Shown here in pieces: positions 11,291 to 25,698 of a stretch of DNA of 64,000 nt (the first letter of the stretch is position 1; each line of letters starts with the position of its first letter). The position numbers were made by a program, and so were the translations under genes. Below the pieces are notes generated by a model that saw only the letters and a list, made by a program, of their open reading frames with translations, was not told the DNA's origin and searched no databases. The DNA lies in assembly GCF_009914755.1 (NCBI RefSeq), contig NC_060935.1. One strand, 5' to 3'. Source of the stretch: the human T2T-CHM13v2.0 reference genome, Homo sapiens.

Positions 11291-13109
11291 CGCTCTCTGT
11301 TGCTTCCTGGAGAATTTCCCTCTATCAAAGGCCAGAGGGATCACTGCATTAGCCCCATCATCACCAAAGGAACTTGGGGTCCACAGAGGCAAAGTAACAA
11401 GAGAGAGTAATCTTTAGCTACAAAGCTGGGAAGGCTTCCCACACTACCCTTCTCCATGCACCATCACCAAAGGAGACCTTACTTCTCCAACTAAATTATA
11501 AGCTCCTTAAGGACTGGGGCTCCACTTTCTTAACTTTGTGGTACTCTCTAAGAACTAGCAGAGCATGACATGCAAAGATACTCACCAGCAACCATGATTA
11601 TTTGTGTTCTAAGAAAAAGAGCCCCATCCAACTTACTTGCTCATTCCAGGAAGTGTCCACCCTAGAAGATCTGTCAGTCACATGCACTTCCTTTAAGGTG
11701 GTCTGTGTCAGGGTGTTAGGACACCTAGTTAGAACTAGTTAGAGCACGCACAAAGGAAGCTTCATGAACATTACTTTTTTATGTCCAAAACAATGAAACC
11801 TTGAACTGTAAGGAGGGTGAAATAAAGCCAGCAGGTCCTTTATTGGTAAGGAACTGGGGTATAGAGCTCCAGGGAGCCCACAGTCATTCTGGGGCAGGTG
11901 CCAGCCACCCAGTGGAGTTACTAATATATGAACTTTGCCTCTGCTCACCCACGCTGCCTGCTGATTTTTATACTATGTTGCATAATTAATCTGTCAACAT
12001 TCTGTGACAGAATATAAATATTAATAATAGGATCACACAGCTAGCTGTTCCCTTTAAAATTCAGCGCCAAAAAGATAAATCGGCCACTTAATCTTGCTAT
12101 ATTCCAAAAAGGAGAGGAAAGAGTGGAGCAGGAGGTGGAGACAGGAAGGAGAGGGAGCGGGAGAGGTTGGGAGCTAATTGGGAACGACGGAATCCTTGTT
12201 TGAATCTGGTCTCACACCTGTACCTTCAGGCTCATGTTTAAAGGCGCAGACCACTTCACAGCTAGCTTAGTTCTTTCATTCCCACATAATGAGATAAACC
12301 TTTTCTCTCTCTTTTTCTTTTTACTCAAGGGACAAAAAGCTCTCATTTTTCCATCTGGCATTCCTCATCTCTGGATCGGCATGGGCAGCAGTAAATTCCA
12401 GGAGAGACCTTAGCCAACCATCCCCTTTGTTTCCTGAAAGAAGAGAGGTTTATGTTCTCCTGGAAGGCTGACCAGCAGTAACTTAGGGAAGCCACAGGCC
12501 AGCAGCACACTGAAATGCAGATGTGATTAGATAAACGAGGGAGCAAAGGCATGTTGTGTCATTATAGCTTTACATAAACTCTCCTTTTCCAATAAGCTCG
12601 CCAAGTGTTCTCTGTTGGTATCAATCAAACAGCTCCTAAAAACTTACAATTTCCTAAAACTCTACCAAATTGGCCTTTCAGCAGTCACTGCACTGGCCCC
12701 AGGCCACCCACACTGCTGCGTGCTAGCAAGCCGCCCTCCACCTTCTACTTTACACCTCCGTTTATTCAACCAAAAATGTTTCTTCATCATCTACATGGCA
12801 GTTGGTACGATACTAAGAGACATGGAAGATTAAAAAGTAAAAAAATCAAATGCAAATCATGACCTCAAGAACATATAATTTAGTGTAAAGATAAAATAGC
12901 ATTTACTGTTATATAAAGAGGAAACTTATTTGTACAGCAAGTAAAATTCAGCAGCATTTTACATCCGTGTTTTTCTGTGGAATTTTGCAGTCTCATTCTA
13001 GTAATTATATTCTTGTTGTATCTTTTATTTATTTGCCCATTTTTACTGTCACTGTAATTTTCTCTCTAGGACACCACCAACAAATAAGAATATGGAAATA
13101 AAAACTGAA

Positions 13110-13230
13110 ATGGGCCTTTGAGGTCATCCAGTTCCGCGAAGTCATTTCACAAATGAGAAAATCAAGGCCTATAGAAATTAAAAGATATGTCCAAAGTCAT
13201 AGGCTCAATTCGTAGAAGTATTAGCTCTAG
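13110..13230 (-). mobile_element. MIR fragment
   Basis: catttcacaaatgagaaaatcaaggcc...tgtccaaagtcata. Confidence 0.6.
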
Positions 13231-13371
13231 GCCTCCCCACTGCCCGACTTAATATTTCATTGCCAATATAACTTTTGACAAAAAATATAAGAGAATTTTA
13301 ACTGAATATTCCTTTTTTCTTATTCTGATATACGATTAATAACACTGAATTACACTGAGGTGGTATATTTC

Positions 13372-13677
13372 TTTTTTTTTTTTTTTTTTTTTTTGGAGAT
13401 AGAGTCTTTCTCTGTAGTCTAGGCTGGAGTGCAGTGGTGCCATCTCCGCTCACTGCAACCTCCACCTCGGGGGTTCAAGTGATTCTTGTGCCTCAGCCTC
13501 CTGAGTAGCTGGGATTACAGGCACCTGCCACCAGCCCCAGCTCATTTTTGTATTTTTAATAGACACAGGGTTTCGCCATGCTGGCCAGGCTGGCCTCGAA
13601 CTCCTGACCTCAGGTGATCTGCCCACCTCAGCCTCCCAAAGTGCTGGGATTACAGGCATGAGTCACCACACCTGGCC
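13372..13677 (-). mobile_element. AluS element
   Basis: Full Alu with long poly-T; TSD core gtatatttcttt on both sides. Confidence 0.95.
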
Positions 13678-15525
13678 TTAAGTTGTATATTTCTTTAACT
13701 TGAAATGTATCACAGCGTATGTCCCAGTAAAGGATCTGAAGACAGTTTCTCTATAATATTAGTCGAGATAAGGGAATGGCATTGGTTTTTCCCTTACTCT
13801 TTATCTTAAAATCCATAGATGGGCTTCTGGGGGTCCCTGCACTCCCTGAAACTGTGTTCATATTGGAATGGAAAGCCTTAAGTACTTTTTTGTAGGAATG
13901 TTGTGGGAAACTCTTCAAAGATTTTATTATATTTTTCAAGTTGTGAGTGATGATAGATAGACAGAAGGGGGGGGTGGGGAGAGAGAGAGAGAGATAGGTA
14001 AAAGAGAGGAAGAAACTTCTCAGTGCTGTATATCAAGCTGGGTGAGAGCTCAGGACTGCCCAGACTCTCTGCATGCTTTCAGCCTGAATGTGTGGCCCTC
14101 CCCTGCAGCAGAATGTTAATGAGGTCGGAGCTCCAGTCTGTGTAATACAAATAGGGAGCAGTGGCAGACTTTGCCACCAACTCTCCATCATTTTGTTTTA
14201 TGGGTACAGAAATGAAAGGGATACTTTAGATTAAGATTTGTTTAATGGTCTGATTAATTCATTCCAAACAGACCGAAACTGTTCTACAATTTTCTTCTTG
14301 CTCTTAACCTTTTCAGCTTGTTTTCATGGATGCTCTTTCCTTTCTTCTTTACTTATTTTTTTGTTGTTGTTGTTTAATTTCATATTTAGGAGCTGCTGCT
14401 CTGATTCTGACATAGATCACATAGTGTGTGAGAAAAATGGAAAAGTATGTTTATGTGAGTGTTTCCCATGAGAAGTGGGCAAATGCATCTAAAATCCAAA
14501 CCTGTCATCACAATCCTCATCAAAACACATCGTCAGGTCTTACACAAACACCATGGAGCTCAGTCAACAATAAAGGGTCATGCACTTCTCCTGACCCTCT
14601 GTACTGGACATGAGTTCATTTGCTTCTGGTAGTTTGCAACATTAAGCAGTGGTACAGCTCTCTGCTCCACACTGTACGTGAGACACTGAGAGGGATTTGC
14701 TGGTTCCAATGAATGTGAGGGACCGTGAGTCGCATCAGTAGTGCCAACGGTAGGAAGACCAAGGACAGCAGCTTTTTTGATGGGACATTCAAGGGCTTCT
14801 CACCTTAGCATATTAATAGTGGGTTGTTTTTCTATTCCTCAGATTTTTTCAGCAATCACCTCTTTCACTCCCCTTTCCAAACTTAGTCCCCTGAGAAAAT
14901 GGCTAAGACTATTGCTTGATGCTGTGGCATTTTTGAAAGCAGATGGCAGGAAAGATACCGATTAAAAATCACTGGTTTCCTCCTGCAAATCCATGAGTCC
15001 GCAGGTTTGAATTGACTCAGAATAGGCTGGGAGGTAGAGGAATGTAACAGGTAAAGATTTTTATGAAAACCAGTAAGTAGTCCAGGTCCATGTGTAAAAG
15101 GGTGGCCGTGAGTGTGTGTCATGAATTTAGCTCATTTTGCTTCTTGCCACACATTGGCAAGTAGGGGAGGGGCTGAATTATTTCATTTATATTTAAAAAT
15201 TTTTAATAACTAACTAGTTGCAAATAACACTGTCTTCACTGGTAAACAAATCCATATCTAGTCTGTGTATTTTAAATTTCTGATTACGGGGACTTGTAAG
15301 CAGACTCACTGGGGAAGTAGTATATGCAATACAAGTTATTTTAAAAATATTGTGAATCATAGCAATTTTCCCTATTTATCTATATTTTATATTTTTTCAT
15401 TGATTTATCTATGCTGTCCCTTTCCATAAAGGATTTGAGGCAATGTATCAAGTACTGTCTGTTAGTAATAACTACTTTAGAAATTAACATCAAAATAGGG
15501 CCCAAGAAGGACTGGGAAAGAAACT

Positions 15526-16066
15526 TGGAGGATGAATTTCATGTGTCAAGCTAATGAGGCCACAGCGTGCCCAGACATTTGGTCAACCGTTATTCTGGGT
15601 GTGGCTGTGAGGTCATTTCCGGATAAGACAAACTCTCGAATAGGTGGGCTGAGTGGGGCAAAGTGAGTGCCCTGCCCCTCACCATGAGTGGGCCCCTTCC
15701 AGTCAACCGAAGACCCAAATAGGACAGAAGAACTGAGTATGAGAAGACTTCTCCTGCCTAACTGCTTGAGCCGGGACACTGGGCTTTTCTTGCTTTTGGA
15801 CTTGAACTAAAACATTAGCCCTCCCTAGGTCTCAGGATGCCAGGCTTTGCCAGGCTTCAGACTGGAATCTAAACCATGGGCTCTTCGGGGTCTGCAGCTT
15901 GCCCACTGTGGACTGTGGGACTTCTCAGCCTCCATGACTGTGTGAACCAATTCCTTATAATAAATATATGTGGGGGTGTATATACACCCACACACACATA
16001 CACATATACATACACACACACACACACACCCTATTTTTTTTTTTTGGTCTGGAAAACTCTAATACA
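15526..16066 (+). mobile_element. ERVL solo LTR (MLT2B-like) with internal (CA)n
   Basis: atttcatgtgtcaa...tgcccagacatttggtcaa...ctcagcctccatgactgtgtgaaccaattcc...ctaataca. Confidence 0.85.
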
Positions 16067-16336
16067 ATAACCATGGGGTGTTCACACCTGGATGAGTCCC
16101 AGTCAAAGCTGTGACTGATTATTTCTTCAGAACATAGTATCAGAAGCCTATATAGAAGAGAAGGCATTTGAGACACCTCTTTGAAACCAGCAGAAAAATA
16201 ATCTCTAGGTTAAATAAACTTTTAAGCCAGAGCTCAATACAAATTTAACACCCTCAGAGACCAGACATACAACTAAAGTATCCAATGACGTCTTCTATCA
16301 GTGATAGAAATAGTCAAGATGGCTTGCTGTTTCTGC

Positions 16337-16384
<48 letters not shown>

Positions 16385-16401
16385 CTTGAGAGAGAGAGAG
16401 A
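16337..16401. repeat. Compound microsatellite (TA)n-(T)n-(GA)n
   Basis: Read directly from the sequence. Confidence 0.9.
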
Positions 16402-17239
16402 AGGAGCAGCCTGAATAATGAAGTCATTTGATTCAGAGAGGGCTGCCACATCTTCAGTTTCATCTGCAGCCCCTCTCTTCCACTCTGAGTCTCTGCAAAT
16501 GTTTGAAATGGAGGTTTTATTTTTCCCTCAGAACAGAACCTGGGGTTGCTGTCTGAGAGAGTCAGTGGTGACAAATCGACTCATTTAATAAAAAGATGTG
16601 AATGAAGTGAGGAGAGGAAGCGAACGCACCGAGACTTAAGAGCTGCAGGTGTGTCTGCTTGTGGAGCCATCCCTCCTGTTGCCAGCTGGGTTTCCATGGA
16701 GACAGCTGGGTGCACAGAGCCCAGGCCAGTGCATGGCCCTGGCATGGCACTGCACACCCACCACGGAGCTGAATTAGGCTAATGAGGGCCAACTTTTCTG
16801 CAGTCCTCACAGTTTCCATTTTTCCTGGTGGCTGCAGGATAAATGTTTCTTAGTAAAGCGAATGCTCAGCAATGAGAGTGGCCTTGGCCAAAAAAATGCT
16901 AATTCTGGAAAGGCATTTAATTATAATAAGATGTGATCTCACTTACACATGAGTATGGTTCTGGCTTCTCTATTCTTTTTTGGTCCCGCTTTTTGGCTAC
17001 TGGAGAGATTCAGGAGATATAAAATATAAATGACTTGCCAATTCTGCCCCAACTTCTCAGAAGAATAAAAACTTTCTCCTGAGAATTCCTCTTGTTAGGG
17101 ATGGGAAAATCACTTCTCTCATTTCTTTATGACTGTGGGTAGGCTGAAGCGGAGTCATAGAAATCATGCCGTTGTTTAATATGTGTGCATATAGCCACAC
17201 ATTGACTCGATAGACAGTAAGCTATCTATGTAGATACAT

Positions 17240-17322
17240 TATATCTCTATATAAATATATCCACTATTTACATATATAATTATATATAAATAACTATATA
17301 TAAAATATGTAATATATATATA

Positions 17323-17372
<50 letters not shown>

Positions 17373-17373
17373 A
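17240..17373. repeat. AT-rich low-complexity tract with (TA)n
   Basis: Read directly from the sequence. Confidence 0.9.
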
Positions 17374-18486
17374 ATCCAGTTGTATTTTCTTTACTTTCAG
17401 AAAGACTATAGCTTCACAGAGTAGAGCAGAAATCTGATTTTTGCTTTTAGATCTGCTTTTAGCTCACTGTGGAAGTTTGAAAAGGTCAGTTCACCTCTTT
17501 GGGTGAACCTACTTATTAACATTCAAATTAAGAGTTTGGGAAGGGTTTGTCCCTACAGTCTCTTTCCTTTCTAAGTCTCAAAGTCCCTATCTTCTTATGT
17601 GAGGCAAGAGAGAGCAAAAGAGCCAGATGGGGATTCGGAGCTGAGTAGAAACAAGGTGAAAGTGATCACTAAACTTGGCCTTATTTGCCTTCATGACTTC
17701 CAGAGTCACACATTTTCCATGTGACGTGCCCTTTACTCTTCCAATACATGAGACCTTTTGCTTTAGTGGGGTTAAGTCATATGCATAACAGACTAATATC
17801 CCAAGGGCAATAAATGTGACCCAGGAGGCCGCATTTAAAGACACATCATAACAATTTCACAGCCATGTTCAAACAGTTAATTCTTGGTTTTCCTAGGTGG
17901 CTTGCTCTTTGCCAAATTTTATTCTTAAATAAGTTAATGTCTATCAACTAATACTTTTTGGAGTTTCCTTTCTACTAAATTCTCCAGGAACACACTTCAA
18001 CCACACAGTTATCCTTAGCAAAAATAGAACTACATCCTAAGCAAAAATCCAGGGGGGTGAATAAAGATATAATACTCCCAAAGGCATCAGTAAGTCATTT
18101 CCTAATAATATATCCTTTCAATTAATGTAATTTACCACTCTTTCCCTAAGTATAGAATTGTTAGCTAAATGTATTAAAAATCTAAGTGAGACAAAGTACA
18201 ACCTTACCCTAGACCTCGTGGGAGAAAAAACATCATGCATTAAAACAAGCTCTGAAATCAATTTGGTCTGAAATACCTATTTAGCAACTACTTTGGGAAT
18301 ATATTTTAAAAAATCAATGCAACTTTATTACTTTTAGGTGGATATTTTTATCTTAAAGAATTTTTAAGTACAGGTTTTAGCCCTCCTGATTTAATGATCA
18401 GATAGGCCTGATTAGCAAACATCATTTGTACAATAACAATTAATACAATAGTATCCTAAATATACTAAATGAATAATGAATAGACT

Positions 18487-19420
18487 GTATATAAAAATAA
18501 AACTTTGATCTGCAACCTGTAGCAACCTGCCCAGAAAACCAACCCAGCTATCCACAGTAACAAGCCTAGGAAGCCAGGGTGCTATAATTCAAACTTGTAG
18601 GAAGTCAGACTGCTACCTCTACTGACAACACTAAACCTTGTAACAATTTGCCTTAACTAACCAAGGCTTGATTAATAACTACTAACTTCCCTAAATTTTG
18701 GACCCACTTCAAATTTAGGACTAACCAGAGAAAGCCAAATACATACCCCTAACCGATCACACAGAATGACTTCTATCTAGTTAGCCCATCTACCTCTTCT
18801 CCACAGCACCAACTTCCAATCTGGCACACCTGAAGCCTTCCCTCTTTCCATTATAAAGCCCTTCCACTCCTCTGCCTGCCTTTGAGTCTCTGCCAAAACA
18901 CAAGTGATGGTGGCTGACTCACTTGCTCCAGCAAACTCCAAGTAAACAGTCGCTGCTTGCTCTCACTGGACTGATGTGCGATATGGTTCGAATGCTTTGT
19001 CCCCCCCACCCCAATCTTATGTTGAAATGTGACCTCCAATGTTGGACGTGGGCCTGGTGCGAGGTGTCTGGGTCATGGGAACAGATCCCTCATGAATGAA
19101 TTGTTGCTGTCCTCATGATAATCAGTGAGTTCTTGCTCTATTAGACCTCACATGAGATCTGTTGAAAAGAGCCTGGCACCTCCTGCCCTCTCTCTTGCTC
19201 CTGCTCTTGCCATGTAATATACCTGCTCCTCCTTCACTTTCTACCATGATTGGAAGCTCCCTGAGGTTCTCACCAGAAGCAGATGCTGGCACTGTGCTTC
19301 TTATACAGTCTGCAGAACCATGAGTCAAATAAACCTCTTTTCTTTATAAGTTAACTCAGTCTCAAGTATTTCTTCATAACAATGAAGAATGGACTAACAC
19401 AGTCTGTGCTTATTTCCACA
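18487..19420 (+). mobile_element. ERVL-class solo LTR (MER77-like), interrupted by an MST LTR
   Basis: accagagaaagccaaat...cctgcctttgagtctctgccaaa...aagtgatggtggctgactc; terminal ttatttccaca at 19420. Confidence 0.75.
18979..19401 (+). mobile_element. MaLR solo LTR (MSTB-like) nested in the MER77-like LTR
   Basis: gatatggttcgaatg...gaatggactaacaca; homologous to the LTR at 10782-11198. Confidence 0.9.
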
Positions 19421-19599
19421 ATGATACATATTTTATTTTCTTTTACATAATACTCCCAGAGGTTACACACTATTTTGACATCATGCACATATAATTTATG
19501 TGCTTAGAAAATAATTTCTACCTATATTGTATTACAAGAACCTGAAGTTCAGTCCACATAGCATTTTCACAAATAATAATGATGAAGCTGATGTCCTAT

Positions 19600-19830
19600 G
19601 GTGAGCATCAAAACAATAAACTCACTATGTGATCAGAGCACTTTTCATGTAATAACTTACGTACTTCTCAGAGCAGTTCCAGGCAACAGGGTCTGTTATG
19701 AGCTCTATTTATCACATGAGGGATCTACATGGTCAAGCCACTTGCTCAATCTCACCAGCTAGTAAGCAGCAGACACAGCCTTCCTTACCAGCAGATTGCT
19801 TCTGCATCCAAGCATTTTACCCTTATGAAC
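19600..19830 (-). mobile_element. MIR
   Basis: ctcactatgtg...cacttgctcaatctcaccagctagtaag. Confidence 0.55.
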
Positions 19831-21371
19831 TTGGTACAAATTGTGACTTGAAATAAGAGGAGGAGCCTAGAAGAAGATAAATGTTGCAGAAATATTTCCA
19901 TAAAATAGCCACAAATATACTTCTTTCTCATTTAAAAGAGATAAACAATGACAATCAAAACCAGATACAATGCAATGCTCCCTAGTAAATATATAACAAC
20001 AACACAAACTATCTACAGGATACCAAATCTTTTAAAAAGTCATCAGAAGGAAAGGTCAGGTCAATGTCCTAATGTCAGTAACTCTGTGCAGTAGAATCAC
20101 AGGGTGGCTTTGTAAGGAGCCACGTGCTTAGGACCCACTCCAGACCTCTGGGATTTAAAATACCCTTGAGGAGAATGAGGCAGACAGGTGCATCTTGTGA
20201 AAAAGCTCCACAGATACACAGATCCCAACCTACAGAGGGAGACCTCAGATCTAAATTTTCCAGATATCCAGGTGACCATTTAAACTAAGCATAGAGCCAA
20301 TCAGTTGACATTTTTTAAAAAATATTTTATCCAAGGAGTTTGGAGAAACACAAGATTCCATGCTCAGATTTCCATGTCTGATAGAGCTGGGTTTTGCGGG
20401 CAGCCTGCTGATGTGGACAATGGCAGATAATATAAACACAGGAAGCAATATCAAAGGTTCTCTTTACCCATACCCATCCTCCACAGCATCTCAGCACCCC
20501 GCTTTCCACCTCCAGCTGCTCTCCTTACAGACCAGCAGGGCTTGTAGAATTTTCCCTTTGTTGGATTTCTCTAGCTTTGAAAGCTTTCACTATGTGGTTA
20601 TCATGGAAGGGAAGAGTCATGAAAATTGTCATTAATGAAAGTAAATACCGTTCATTAACTTTAGCTGTAACTCATCTAAAAGCTGAAACGATTTCATAGT
20701 TAAAGTGCTAACCAAAATTAGCCATTAGAGTAGAATAATTAATTTAAAATTGCACACAATAGTACACATTTAAGGTAAAACTAAAACGAAAAGAAATGGG
20801 GGAATGATATCAATGCCGTAGATAACTTTTGGATAACTCAAATAAAGTAAGTGATTTCACTATCACTTCTAAAGAAAATAAATGGCTTTGATTCTGACCT
20901 CTGGCATTTCCTAGTATGGTTCCCCTTGCCTTTCTTACCCACCTGGCAAGTAGAGATAATAACATTTACTTTTTTTGCCTCTTAGGAATATTAATATTTT
21001 TGAAGGACTTTGAGATAACTATGCAAAAGACACATTAGGGAACGGACAATTATTACAACATAGATTTAGATTGCTATAGTTTGTGGACTTAGGTTGTACC
21101 ATGTAGGTGTTTAAAAAAAAAATCTAGTCACCAGATCTGTGTATAGTAGGCATTCAAACGATATCTGCTGACGTGAATGCACTTCAGTTCTTATTTATAA
21201 GTATTGCTTATCTTTCTTCAAAAGTGACTCCCCACCACTTAGAGTTACACAGATAAACTTTAGAGACTTTTAAATCCTGTGGTCCTCAGGGTGTACAGGA
21301 GGCTGGGTGGTGGGATGGAGCGTCTGGAGTGAGAGCAAGCGTGGGGCATGGAGTAGGAAGTTCTAGCCTAG

Positions 21372-21557
21372 ACCAGCCTAGTCTCCAAAGTCAGCGAGCA
21401 TCAGCACTTTCCAGAAGGCCTGTCAAACACAGATGGAGCCACACCCCTGAGATTCTGAATCTATAGGTCTAGGGTAAGGCCTGGGAATTTGCGTTTCCAA
21501 CAAGTTTTCATGTGTGCTGATGCTGCCGGTTTGAGAACCAGACTTCGAGAACCAGTG
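21372..21557. mobile_element. MER5A-like hAT-Charlie element
   Basis: gattctgaatctataggtctaggg...ggaatttgcgtttccaacaag...gatgctgccgg...gagaaccagtg. Confidence 0.8.
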
Positions 21558-21839
21558 ATCTGGACTAAATAAACCTCAAATATGTCCTGGAAACTGGGAA
21601 GATGTACTCTAGCATCCACTGTGTAATAATCAGATTGCACCCCAAATTCAACGTGCTCATTAGTGAGAAGAATTCTAATTGCTTTACTTAATGCATGACT
21701 GTGAGCAAAATCTCTGAGCTTAAATTCCTTTATCCGAAACAAAAATGTGTACCTAGTTACGGAATGAAGGTATTACAGAATTTGTTTATTTGTAATAGGC
21801 CCTTTTGGTTTTAAACAAAAAGCACTTTATGAATATTTT

Positions 21840-22050
21840 CTACAAGTGATTCAGTCCTTACTAATTGAGGGCAAATCGCATAGCTTTGTTCAGTTTTCAC
21901 ATCTGTATAATGGGGATAATAGCCTGGAGTGGCTTATTCAATAGGATTATTGTGAGGATCAGGTCTGCTGATGTTAAAAAAAAAAGAGTACTTTGAATAT
22001 TACAAGCACTATGCAAGCTTTACATAGTCCCCGTGATAGTTTATTATATG
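21840..22050 (+). mobile_element. MIR
   Basis: cagttttcacatctgtataatggggataatag...ggattattgtgaggat. Confidence 0.65.
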
Positions 22051-22178
22051 CCCATTTAGAGCTGACCAGAGAAGGTTGGTATCTTTTGTGAATTCCTATG
22101 TTTGACTTCTAAATGTTAAAGTTCTTTAGAACCTATAGCCTTGGGTCCTCTTCTCTTCTGATTGTACACTTATTGTAA

Positions 22179-22592
<414 letters not shown>

Positions 22593-23029
22593 CACTTGAT
22601 GATTTTAAAAGCATCTCTGAGCTAATATGTCCAAAACTGAACTCTTGCTCTTTTCCCTGAAAAATCTACTCTTTCTCCAGGAAAGGGTATGTCTTTTCAT
22701 CCACTTAATCTTGCCAGAAACTTGGAACTTATCCTTGACACCTCCCTTACCCTCAACCCCACATCCAATCCACCGCTAACTCCATCAATTCTGTCTCCCA
22801 AATATATTTCTAATTTATTCATTTTTCTCTATTCCCATTACTGCTCCTTATATCTAAGGATAACACAATCTCTCTCCTGGGCTAGTGAAGGATTTCCATT
22901 AGTTTCCTCACTTCCCCTCTTCCTCGAGATACCTGTCCTTACAATTTCACCTCCAGACGGCAGGTATTGGGATCTCTTTGAAATGCCATCATCATCCCCA
23001 TCAGCATCATGTGATATCATCACACTCAT

Positions 23030-23260
23030 CTAACATGTATACAACACATTCTATAGGACAGGCACTTAACTAAGGACTACACAGCTATTAACTTATAGAA
23101 CAACAACCCTTGATGAATTATCATCTCAGTTCTTTGAAATGAAGAAATAAAAACACAAACCGTTTGAGTAGCTTGCCCAAGGTTACCTAGCTGGTAAGGG
23201 GCAGAGCTGAGATTCAAATCCAGGCCATCCGACATAGTCCAGGTTATATTCTACTGCCTC
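23030..23260 (-). mobile_element. MIR
   Basis: gcttgcccaaggttacctagctggtaaggggcagagctgagattcaaatccagg. Confidence 0.75.
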
Positions 23261-24427
23261 TGACATGCTCCTGAATATGTTGCTCCCTGGATTAAACCTC
23301 ATGGCAGCTTCCCATTGCTTTTAGGACCCAATCTCTGTTTTTACCAGGAATTTCAGCACTTTGTACAACTTAGCCTTCGTGTTCCTCTCTAGTATCAGCT
23401 TCAGACTTTCTTTCCTTTGTATGCTGTGAGCCAGCCATGTCGGCTTCATTCATCTACGTGCACCCGACAAACATTCATGTCCTTCAGAGCCTTTGAACAT
23501 GCCATTCCCTCAGCCTGTATCCTATCACTTCAGAGAAGCTTTCTCTGACCCTACAAATCTAAATTAGGCTTTCCTCTTGCCATGTTTATTATACGTTGAC
23601 TTCTCTGATAACACCCCACATAATGTCTGTGTATGTATTTTGTGCAATTGTTTATTTCATGTCTGGCTTCAGGAGGGCAGAAACCACATGTGCCTTGTTC
23701 ACCACTGTCTAGGCAACATATAATACAACAAATGCATATGAATGTGAATATCTTAACAGAAAGTTATAACATGAAAACAGAAAGCAGAAAAATAGACTGC
23801 CAATATATTGGGAAGTCAGAAGATAGGAAAGGTGATAGATGCTTAGAAAAAGAGTTGAAAATAAGAAGAGGCTGAATTTACAAGAGAATCAGTCGAGTTC
23901 ATTTAGACAAAAGATGAAAAAGACAGAATTAGATACTGACATCAGCAGGGGGCCTAGGAAAGGGGACTACTAAGAGCTGTTTCTGGACAAATGGATCAGG
24001 AGGAATACAGCAGTTGAGGTCTGAACCTAGAGGTTATACTTAGATCATCAAAGAGAAAGAACAATATTTTGCATGGGAGGAAATACTCAGAGAAAGAACT
24101 CTGATATTCAGGAAGGAGTGAGTCTGAAATAACATACATAAAAGAAAACCTAAGATTATCTCGTAAACTGTTCAAAGCAAAGCTCGCTGCCACAGCCAAC
24201 TTGTAGCTAGCCAACATCAGCAATGCCCCTCATCTGGCTGAGTGTTCATAGAGCTGAAGGTGTCATCCAGAAAGGGGGAGGAATTTCTCAAGCTCTCATC
24301 TAACACACCTTATGCAGCTGCATTGAACCACAGCAGCTGTATCCTGGACATTATTTCTGATAAGCTCCTAAGATATCTCGAACAACTCATAAGGAATTAA
24401 GACCACAGGTTCAAACTTCTTCATAAG

Positions 24428-24920
24428 TGTACGAAAACAATATGGAAGTTTCTCAAAAAAACTAAAAATAGAACTACCATATTATCTAGCAATCCCATTA
24501 CTGGATATTTATCCAAAGGAAAGCAAATCATTACATGAAAGAGACATCTGCACCCCCATGTTCGTTGCAGCACTATCCACAATAAGATATGGACTCCACC
24601 TAAGTGCCCATCAACAGATGAAGAGATAAAGAAAATGTGTTATAGAGAGAGGCTGATTAATGGGTACGAGCTTACAGTCAGATAAAAACAATAGGTTCTA
24701 GTGTTCGATAGCAAAGTAGCGTGGCTAGAATTAACAATAATTGATTGTATATTTCAAAACAGGTGGAAGAAAAGAGTTGAAATGTTCCCAGCACAAAGAT
24801 ACATGTTTTAGGTGATAGAAATTTTAAATACTCTCATTTGGTCATCAGGTATTATATGCATGTATCAAAATATCACCTGTGAACCATAAGTGAGAATAAC
24901 TATTATGTTTCAATTTAAAA
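24428..24920 (+). mobile_element. L1MA-type 3' end with an internal deletion
   Basis: aaaaatagaactaccata...agcaatcccattactgg...tgcatgtatcaaaatatcac. Confidence 0.85.
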
Positions 24921-25698
24921 AGTCAACCAAAACACTATGGAATGATAGGCTGGTTCTCTTACTGGTTCCTTCACAGATTCTCAAGACTGTCTCAGTGACT
25001 GAGCAGCGAGTGATTGTCAAATTGTGTGAGCTTCTCTCAGCCATGCAGCACAGCACACGGCCTTCATTGGAACAGACTTGCAGGAACCCCGGAGGAAAGG
25101 GCCTGCTGTAGCGGCAGATGCTAGGAAAGGTCTGTTTCCATCTCTTCGGGTGGAGGCACATGCACACACCTGCATGCCATTCAGATGGGGCACAGCTTGG
25201 ATTGCTGACTGCAACAAATGCCTTCCAATATTTTGGTTATGGGAAAAGAGTAAGAACAATATCATCCACCATAGAAATCACACGGAAAACACAGCCAGGG
25301 AGAAAGATTTCGATTTTGGCTCTGCTGTGAGGATATCAGGAAAACCCTATAGTCATAGCTCTAGAATAGTAATGTGTATATAAACTGTAGCAACAGTGGA
25401 AATAAGTGATATCAGTCATGTCTCCTTGTGTTTATTTGGCATATTACAATTTTCAAAGCCCGTCATTTCGCTGGACTGGCTGTGGGGTATTGTAACACTC
25501 TCATCTGTAGGGAGGACCATGGGAGCCTGTGTGGTCTACAGAGCTGCTGACATCAAAGCCGTTGTGCACCAGGAAAAGCGGAGCTCAGCTAGACGAACTC
25601 GTCCACGATCACACACTGTTGCAGCTGGGGAAGACTTGCCACATCTTCTTTTGGCCACTTCACCTGAGTCTGATACTTGTTTTCCCTGCACTATTTAC

